DNA of 33,841 bases, from assembly GCA_964200075.2 (NCBI GenBank), contig CAXNAA020000029.1:1-33841 (forward strand), in the 5' to 3' direction. The position numbers and the translations under genes were made by a program. Origin of the DNA: Sphacelaria rigidula (lineage: Eukaryota). Positions 1 through 9,600 of this stretch are shown in pieces. Numbering within the stretch: the first letter of the stretch is position 1; every line of letters starts with the position of its first letter. The notes under the pieces are model-generated. The model saw only the letters and a list, made by a program, of their open reading frames with translations. It was not told where the DNA came from and did not search any database.

Positions 1-109
1 ATACATAACACAAAAACCCTTTGCATATCTTATCCCCGTCCTGTTTCGCCGTCTCTGGCCACGAAACAGGACGGGAATAAGATATGCAACGGGTTTTTGT
101 GTTATGTAT
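1..109. repeat. Inverted repeat (48-bp arms, 13-nt loop) made of LINE-like 3' sequence
   Basis: The reverse complement of 1-48 matches 62-109 with 2 mismatches; the sequence is visibly homologous to 18617-18690. Confidence 0.9.
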
Positions 110-660
110 GGAAAAAACGTAACAAGCTGCGGAAGAGGGGGGAGGGGGTGTCCTTCCGCAGATCAGTTGAAAAGCTCACTAAGCCAACCATGTGTGTTTG
201 GAAGTTTCCCGCGGAAGATTCTAAGCCAGGAACGAGGCCCGAGAGGCACGAAATGACCATTCTGACCAATCACGGCCGTCAAAATGAGCGCGTAGCTCCC
301 CTACAGTTGGACTACAAGTGGACCACTTCGCTGCCTGCCGGTATCTCTCATTTTGGTCATGGTAATTCAACGATAAATTGCATTGGTGCGAATAGCTTGC
401 TTTGTACTCTGCTCGAGGCCTGTGCCGACTGTCTGACGCCTCATGTGTGCCAGCATAGCTGCACACTGTCGTGTTGTTGTGGAACACTAAGCAGAGGCAT
501 CAGCAGCATGAAGTAAATTGTGCCCAGTGCAGAGCGATGGGACGCTGACTGTTTCTTGCCGTATATCCAGCGGAGACATACCGCCAACGTACCAACTCTA
601 TACGCTATTGACTGTACTGTCAAAACCGGTCAGGGGTTCTCCGGACCTATTTTCTACATA

Positions 661-1670
661 TTGTCTTTCCCTTGCTCTAAAAATAAAATTCAGTCATCCA
701 CGAACCAAACATCCAACCAACAATCCCAATCCCAATCCCAACCAATTAATAAATAAATAAATTAAAATATATTTACATGATTCGAGTATATATTGTCTTC
801 CCAGTCTTAACGCCAAAAGAAAAAAAAGAATAAATTCGGAACAGAATCGGACATCTTTTCGCTCCAATACGCACGCACACACCGCGCAACCCCAGATTCA
901 GCAAGATGGGGTTGTTGCCTGTAGTCTACATGACATGTGGTCGAAGTTTCAGCACGTAAAAGCGCTAACAGCGCTTACACGGCCGTGTCTCCTGAAGTGA
1001 GCACCTCTACAGGCGATAACAAGATAGGTACCGCGTAGAATGGCATCATCCAGAGGTGCGCAATACGGATCGATGTGTTCGTTTGCCGGGGCAGGAGCCA
1101 TCCAGCAGGAAGTGAGCGTATCTGCGTGTCAACATATGCATCCACTGACGTCTCACGCAGTCTGGGCCGGGGGGACTGCGTTTTGAGGGCGTATCGATGG
1201 CATTGCCCCTAATCCGTATTTTGCTTCGTTTAACTAGCGCATTACGTAAAACGTGCCGCCGCTCCGAGGCTGTGCTGTCTGTGTTGTGGTCTGCCTCTAT
1301 GCCAAGTTTCAGGCTGGTTCAAACAGACACGGCGGAGAAATCCACAAGTACAATAACCCTTAATTTGTACTGAAAATACACTACTACACCCTGTTGAACC
1401 GTCGAAAGATACATGAGGTGCCTACGATTCTTGTATGCGAGAATCTTGGCGTTTGACTTGTTTTGTTTTGTTTTTGGCGTAAGACGCTCCCCTCTGTCCA
1501 AAAAAAACAATCCAACAATCCATCCTCAATCAACCATTAATTAATTATTAAATTGATTTAAATTATAAATTTATTTTATAATTATTGTTTTTCCTTTGTC
1601 CAAAAAATAAAATTCAACCAACCATCCTCAAGCAATCTTTAATCTTTAATTAATTATTAATTAATTTACA
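661..1670 (+). repeat. Three diverged copies of a ~100-bp AT-rich unit (~661-779, ~1490-1583, ~1585-1670)
   Basis: Copies 1 and 3 share TTGT.TTTCC.TTG...AAAATAAAATTCA; copies 2 and 3 share TGTCCAAAAAA...CCATCCTCAA...TTAATTAATTATTAA. Confidence 0.65.
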
Positions 1671-1697
1671 TATACATATATATATATATATATATAT
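1671..1697. repeat. (TA)n microsatellite
   Basis: Direct reading. Confidence 0.9.
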
Positions 1698-3323
1698 CTG
1701 ACAGATGTCCAGTATCCACATGATGAAAAAAGGCGTTCTTTGCAGCGAGAAAAGAGCTGTTCTGAACCCCGAATGTGGCATAGTCCATCTCAGTCCACCT
1801 GCGGGGGGGTCGCTGTCTAAGGGTTAATGAGTCATGGCACGATTTACGCGCTCGCCAACTACATTTTTTCTTCAGTTCAATGGTGAATGTCTCTGGTGTA
1901 CTGGGGCGTGCAATATGGGCGATGGATACATGTCGTATGTCCTTATTCGTACGAGTACAAAATCTATGAATACGACTACTATTTCTCGGAATAGTTTCCA
2001 GTATTTTCCCACAAACTGTATTACTACTCTGTCTGTACTCTAGAGGTACTCAAAGTGGGTTTGGCACTGATTTACGCGCCGGGGATAGCGACAGAGACGT
2101 TTGCTTGTACAGTAGCGGTGTTGGCAGGCAAAAAAAAATGTCTATCCACACCACGAGCTGATGTGCAACGGCATATGCGATGAGACCTGCGAATCATGAG
2201 TTCACTCGAGAATCGGTTGAAGCTGCTGTACCCCACGCTGAGGTCTTGGTTATTATATTATAGTACAAGTAGCACACAGACAGTACAATGCAACAGAGGA
2301 CTCACGATCTTCGTAGGGGACACGAAGTGACCACACGGCGATCCATTGCGAGTTTCGCCGGAGCGTTCTCGAGACAATCTTCGAACCGGAGAGCCGCAGA
2401 TAGATGAATCCGTGCGGTTGCCTAGCTGGCCTGCTCGAGGAATATCTCAACGTTAGAGCATAGTCGTCGCCATGTATAACATACAGTTTGTCCCTGTTTC
2501 GTCGGATGCCGGTGGACGCGAGATATCTACAGTACCGGTTATAGATCAACGGGTGCCTTGCTCAAACTTCACCAACTTTGATAGTGGTGGAGTTCAACAC
2601 TTGGGTACTTCATTTATGATTTGGCAACAGCCGGCACGGGTAGAGCTCCAGTCGTCCTATGGCGACGTTTCTCTGAAGTAGAGTTACAAGCGAGACAGCT
2701 GGCTCAGGGCCACCGGTGATCCACAGGCGGAACCTACCAGTGACACTCTCGGGCAGATACGAGTAGAAAGTCCGCAAAAATGGCTAATATTACTTACCGT
2801 CATCGTTTCTCCCCCACATGAGCAACATGGTGTCCTCCATGCTACTGTATTATCACAGGTAGGCAAAGGTACAACAGGTGGTCACGCTTGCTGACTCTAG
2901 ACGGTGGTCACGCTTGTCGTCAGTTGCTCGTCCGCGCAGCTGTAGTTCAGTCGATCACACACAAGACAGACGTAGATAGTACGTTCAGCCCAACAGCTGT
3001 GTTGTTTTCCATTTTTTTTAATATTTTTTCCAGGAGCATAATTTCAAAACAATAAACTTCCGAGAACATGCTACAGACCCGCAAAACCAAGCTCCTTTCA
3101 GTTCCTTTTCCCGCATTTTCACCTATAATTCATTTGAGAGATGACTTGGTGTCAAAACTTGCTAATATTGTATATTTCAAACGGATATACTGCACAGGGG
3201 GACAGAATCGCATGTGTCCATCGTACCTGGAACTTGGTGATCACCGTCCCACCTAGTCCACAGCATCGACCTACACATCATTTTCTCTCCCACAAACATC
3301 CTCCATTGGCTATCGAGCTAAAC

Positions 3324-3602
3324 ATGACGCCCGATGTCGTGGTACAGGGTGTGCTACCCGTGGACTCTCCGGCTAGTACAGAGGAGCAGGAGGAGAACGA
3401 GGAGGTATATGAGCAGCCGCCACCTGGGCCGTCCCTGGGCGAGCGCCTCACCATTACACCTGGCGGAGACGTACTGTCTGAGGAGCAAAAGGCAGAATGT
3501 GCCAAGTCGCTAAGATCATCGAGTCTATTCAGGTACTGTTCCGAGGAGAGCATCATGAAGGTTACGGAGTACATGCGGCGGGAGGAGTTCTCGGAGGGGC
3601 AG
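3324..3602 (+). CDS. Gene 1 exon 1 (acidic/Pro-rich N-terminus and start of CNB domain)
   Basis: ATG in AAACATGA context; MTPDVVVQ...SLFRYCSEESIMKVTEYMRREEFSEGQ; donor CAG|GTGCGC at 3603. An in-frame upstream ATG exists at 3141, but the sequence after it does not look coding. Confidence 0.8.
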
Positions 3603-6600
3603 GTGCGCGCGTTAGGTTTGTGTTGGATCTGTGGTGTGGTATTGTTGTCGACTTATTTTACCGTATACCGTATACCTTTCTTTCTCGGGTGCGTGCCCAT
3701 GTACTTCAATGTTCATACGCATGTACTCTGCCATACTGTCCTATCTAAAAGAGGCAATAGGGGGAGGGAGGAGAGGTCGTTTACTGTCGATATACTCCTA
3801 TGCTTCTGGTTTATCGCCGGCTGCTGCTATCAAATCGTCACTGTACTAAAAGCGAGGTTTGAACATCTTGGAGCAATTCAGAGTATGAAGGCAACGAACA
3901 CGTCGCCAGACATCCCAAGTTCAAAAACATGAGGTGTATCATTTAAGTACATACGATGTACACGTCATGAGCTTTCAAGATACCTGTATACGACGTTTTC
4001 TGTAGTCAGTGTTCAAGAGACCCTCGTCCATTGCCAGCCACACCTGGGAGCGCTCTTGCACACATCCCTTTGAAGCCCAAGTACATCAATATGTACGGTC
4101 CTACCCGATCGCGCAAGGGTGGTATCGATGAACAACTCTCGTGGATATCAATCTAATGTCGCGTAGCGTTCATCGGTAACACGCCACCATTCTCGAATAA
4201 CTTGCGTTTCGAAAAACCTCCGCACTAGGTGCCTCACTCTGTATCCAACTGTTACCGATTCCGATCATATCTGCTGACTTGTTTCATACAAAGGCGCTGT
4301 CTACACTACACTGCAGTTACAACACCACAGTATTATTGGACAGAATTGCAGACTAACCACGTTCAGGCACTTGGATCAGTGCAGCTTGAACTGCTGTACT
4401 GGTGTCGTTGCAAACAGGAGCAAAACGCAAGTCTCTTGTCCTTTACAGCAGGCGATGCGCATGGTTGGGCAGATCCCCAGAGCAACGTGTGTCATCGCGC
4501 GTGAATCTAAGATTCGTCGACACGAGAAGAACTTCTGGTCGCCGCCGAAGCCACGTTGTGTCTGTCATTCGCCTTGATTATTTTTTGCGAGTCTGTTGCG
4601 CATGTTGTTGTTCACGTCCACGGCTATTAGAGAGTTGTTTCTATCTGACCCTTCAAGCGCCCACGACAGGGCACCGGCGTTAGGCATGCACTCTCTCAAG
4701 TGAACGTAAATACACATTGACGCCTCTCGACTGTCGAAGGGTCTAGCTACCGCGAGAGCAACACTGCAGTAAAAGAGTCGGTGCGTGCGGGTTGTGGTCG
4801 TTGAGGTTGCTATCAGTCCTTGCAGCAAGTCGCAGCTGGCCACTCATGACTGCACTTGCATGTATGAATGAATCCCCAAACACGGTACGATTCAACCATG
4901 TTGGACAGTTGACGACCAGAAGGGCTACGTATGGCAACTTCAACCTAAAGGCAGGCAACGTGTGCTCCCCTGTCAACGATTTGTGCGTGCATGGGATGTG
5001 CTCCTGGGTGTGTCGATGCGTTCACCGTTCACCTGCTCGGTGCATCCTGTAACAATGATTGACTCGATCATACTCAACCCTACATTAAACCCTAGTTGGC
5101 CTCCGGTCTGAAGGTCCAGCAGCTGATGCCTGAGGTGAAACAACATCCGAACTTGCAGTTCTGGACATGATTACTATCGGCTGTGCTGACTGTTGATCCA
5201 CGGTGACCCAAGATTATGATGTATGTCCAGTACAGTAAACAAAAATCCACGTTCGAAAGCGTACGCGATACAGCGTCAGGCTGGTACCACGTCTTCCATG
5301 CAGGAAGCCTGCTACAGAAGTGCGACGAGTCCGGCCTTGTCGGCTGCGTTCAAGGTGCTGCCGCTCTGGTGACTTGAACCATCGTCTGTTTGATCTTTAC
5401 CTTGAAGGAAAGGAAAACTCACCCAACACTTACCCGGCCACTGGCTTTGTGTGCCAATTACTCGGAGGCTCGGCTAGACCGCCTCGCGGCAGTCATCTGG
5501 GGTAGGCGCCTCGAGTATCCGGAGTGCTCTCCTCGAGGCAGTGTGGGGGTCGAACTCATTGAAACCCTGTCAATTTGGCGAAGAACACGCCTTTGAACGT
5601 GACCTGCTTCGTTGCTTCGGCGTGTCCACTATATTTTCTCGTGAAAGTACAACTCCAAGAACAATCGTCAAGGGCAATATACAAAAAAGGGTACACCCTG
5701 GTACTCTTGGAAGTGTTGCACACGGGCTCAACACTTCGAGAACACCTTCCAGCGCCTCAGCCCCATGCCCAAGGTGCCTGGGCAGCATACCCGTCCATTT
5801 CTTTCATTTTCACAAGTGTTCCTGAGCTAAACTACGGCGCTGAAAATGAGAGCTCGTGAGAGTACCCTTTTTGGTAAGTCAAACAGGAGGGTACACCATG
5901 CCCTTTTTTGTTCTCTCACTATTAACCACTTTTTTTGTCAAGTGGTAACTCTTTTTTGTGACGTGGTGACCGTAGCGCTGTCTCAGTAAAAGATACGCCG
6001 AGCAGCCACAACCATAGCGATTTTCGGTGACACCACTCCCCCCCCCCAAAAAGGCCGAAACTCAACGATCAGAAGAGAGTAGCACTGCTGGTTGCGCCGA
6101 AGAATCGGAAGATCCAACGATGCATACGGGTCGCTTGTATGCCGGAGCTCACGAAGATCTAACGAACATGAGTGAACAACTTGTCGACACACCAGGCCGA
6201 ACGGCATCATGCGGTGACAACGTCAGACCGTTGCCGGATCTGCAATTCGCGGCTCAGACACAGAGATAGGCACCGACCGGATCCCGGATTGGAGGAAGAA
6301 CGCCTGAATCTAACGGCGTGAACTGTACAAGCGGGTGTCTTCCTCTGATCGTTGTCGTTGCACCCACGAGACAACCACTCGGAATAGTCAAAACTGCATG
6401 TGAGACCGGCCCACCGCCCAATATATCCACATGCTCTTGAAAAAAGGTGTTGGGTTGAGGCGTTCTTCCTCCAATCCGGGATCCGGTCGGTGGCGATCTC
6501 TGTGTCCGAGCCGTGAATCGCAGATCCGGTAAAGGTCTGACGTTGTCGCCGCATGATGCCTTTCGGGCTGGTGTGTCGACAAGATGTTCACCCATGTTCG

Positions 6601-9600
6601 TTAGATCTTTGTGAGCTCCGGCATACAAGCGACCTGTATGCGTCGTTGGATCTTCCGATTCTTCGGGCCAACCAGCAGTGCTACTCTCTTCTGGTCGGTG
6701 GGTTTTGGCCTTTTTTGGTGGGGTGTGATGTCACCGAAAATGGCTATGGTTGTGGCTGCTCGGTGTATCTGTTTTTAAGACGGCGGTACGGTCACCACGT
6801 CACAAATAAGGGTCAACTGTGAAAGAACAAAAAAAGGTGAAATATAACTTCTTAGCAGAGGGCAGGGTGTACCCTTCTATTTGGCTCACAAAAAAAGGTA
6901 CTGTCACAACCTCTCATGTTCGGCGCCGTAGTTCAGCCCCCAGTAACACTTCTGAAGATGAATATGGACGGGTATGCTGCCCAGACACCTTGGGCGTGGG
7001 GTTGAAGCGCTGGAAGGTGTTTTCGAGGTGTTATGCCCGCGTGCAAAGCCGCGCCCCAAATCGAAAAACGCGTCACCCTTTTTTGTTCCGAAAGTACCAG
7101 GGTGTACCCTTTTTTGTATATTATCCAACAAATAATATTCAATGTTGTGGGGGAATATCCACCGACTGAATAGGTGATACTGGACAGGTTCCCGTTCGAG
7201 GTTTGTTCAGCTTACTGTTTGGAGATTGAAGGCAGCTATTGGTTTTGTGCCGACTGTAGTTGCAGGAGTTTTTCGGCTGTAAGTTTTTCACATAACCACT
7301 ACGAGTAGTATAGTACTCCCATCTGTTCCATAATATAAGCTGGATAAGGGTTTCTAGAATATATGCGTGGTCTCGGACTATATTCTTAGAAGTAGGTCAT
7401 TTATCCACTGCGGGACGTCGGGCAGAGAGGAGTACCGGATCACCTCCTCTCTTTCCAAATCGGTGAAATTCTTGCGTTTTTGCACCCGGGAGGCATTCCC
7501 AACAGCTGACATGCCTCACTATACGATGGGAAGGCCTTTGACCGGAGGTGCAACTTTGACCGGAGGTGCAAAGTGAGGGTGGTGATTTCGAACTACTTCT
7601 GCCGGGGTGGGAAAACTTTTTTGGAGGGAAATAAAAAGAAAGGTTCTGGTTCAACCGCGTGAGAGAGACGGAACCGAAAATAAAAACTATTCGAAAAAAT
7701 AGTGACAAACCGGAGTTGGACCGCGTTCGGTCCTTATCCAGCTAAAAATACGGAACGGGGGGAGTAGGATTTTTTCGTGCAGTAAACTCTACCCGCAACT
7801 AAGACGCGTACCAGTAATATTTTCATCCAGTAACCCGTAACTACGAGTTGCACAAGTTTTCTATTCTGTACGTGAGTTGTGTGCAGTCGAGCAGTTGCGT
7901 ACATGTTGGTATACTTTGGTGGTTAACAGATAACGACATGTAGCGCATGGCCTCTTCACCCGAAGGTTAGTCGCAGGTCGAGGAGGCTTGTACCAGCAAT
8001 CCTCAGGAGCACATGCCGCAAAGCTCCGCTTCGCCCGTAAAACGTCGCGGCCCGGGGGGTGGGGGGGGGGGTACGCGGGTTACTGTGTTCTTATCCGCCA
8101 TATCACAGTGTCGAACCTCTCCCCTTCCTCGGGACGAGCCCATGGTCTCAACGCATCATCAATCCATCTCTCCCCCTGGTTCATGTCTCAACAGACCGCC
8201 AATCTATCTACCTTGTATTTTGGTCTCGCGGAATAGATGAGCTCTCCTGCATCGCGTCGGCTGTCAAGTAAACTCAGTAAACTCTTTCGCTACTCACGCC
8301 CTGGCGCATTCAACGAAAAACAAAATGAGCAAGAGACTCATGTGCAGGCGGGAATCGAACACGCGTTCTTTCTACCCTTGAGGTGTCAGTCGTACCATAA
8401 TATCACCCGGAGGCGGGACAGGTGTATTAAGTTGTTGTCATGGTCCAAAAAATGACAAAGATCGCCTCGCCTGAGCACGACCCGGACCGTACAGAGCAAA
8501 ACAAAGGCATGGCTGCCAAGCCCCCCAGGACCAAGGCCCCCCAGGTGGTGGTGGCTGGGCTATGAAGGTGCGTCTAAATACATGACACCATCATCCCCAC
8601 CTCCCTCATCCAGCGCCCCCGCCCTCACAAGCAAAAATCTGTGTTGAAGCTAAATCCGTGCTTGGCATTCCACGGGTTCGCCGGCACCCCCTGGCGATCA
8701 CGACCGACGCCTGACACCTTTAGAGGTGGCCACAGACCATCGCAGAGAAAGGCACTTTCTTCCGAAGCGTTAGTGGACGATTGTTCGAGCGACGATCATC
8801 TACGTGAAAGTTTGTAACGTTTTTTTCCCGAAAAAAATCATTTTGAAGTAACGCTTTTATTTTTTTGAAACATACGGTACTGCTTTCACTTAGTGACCGG
8901 TCGGCGCAAAGTCAGGGACGTGATCAAGGGGATGACTCGAGACCTTCGGCCCAGGCTATCGGCGCAGTGTATCTCGTGATTGCGGTGCAAGCAGGCTTGA
9001 GATGGGGTATGCTTTTTGCGGGCGCCCCTCGACACCCGCCGCATCTTCTTGTGCACCTGAATGCTCGGGCCCAAACCGTGGAAGACAAGCGGATTTTCGT
9101 GCTAAATAAATTCCGCCGCTTTTCTCCTTGACCCTTTTTGTAAAAACGACACACCCTCGTATGAACCGATACGCTGGAGAGCGCTAGCTTGATCACTGCC
9201 GTCGAATTAGCTGCTCAGAATGCCGCTCCAGATGCGCTGGTAAAAGTAGCCGCCGAGGGTCACCCGTGATCATGGTCGTGCTAAGCCCTTTTTCGTGGTG
9301 TAGTTTTCGAAACGCCCACCAGCGTTCGCTCAGACCATGACGAGGGCAAGTGGAACGATTATGTACCAATCAGAGCTGAGACTAGGTTCCTCTACAAGGC
9401 GCCTGCTTGTGACTGTTTTGCGTCCAAGTCGTGTTACGCCCTTCCCGTATTAGTAGCCACCACTAGGCTGTTCAACCCCGCGGACAAAACATTGCTCTCG
9501 TTCAGCAGATGAAATATGCCATTGTGCAGCAGTTATTGCCACCTGCTGCCTTTTGATGATATCAAAGGTGACCGCCGCTGCGCCCAACATTGAGGCAGAA

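Noticed and set aside
2855-3033. Possible 5'-UTR intron (CAG|GTAGGC ... TTTTTTCCAG)
   Set aside because: Splice-like signals only; no frame or transcript constraint to test them.
3141-3932. 263-aa ORF as a single-exon gene
   Set aside because: Only 3324-3602 looks coding; the tail is read-through into intron 1 past a good donor, and the domain continues at 10312.
5541-7169. Paired near-identical ORFs on opposite strands as duplicated genes
   Set aside because: A by-product of the foldback inverted repeat; frames are broken differently in the two arms.
8340-8420. tRNA gene
   Set aside because: A B-box is present, but acceptor and anticodon stems could not be formed; treated as a SINE head.
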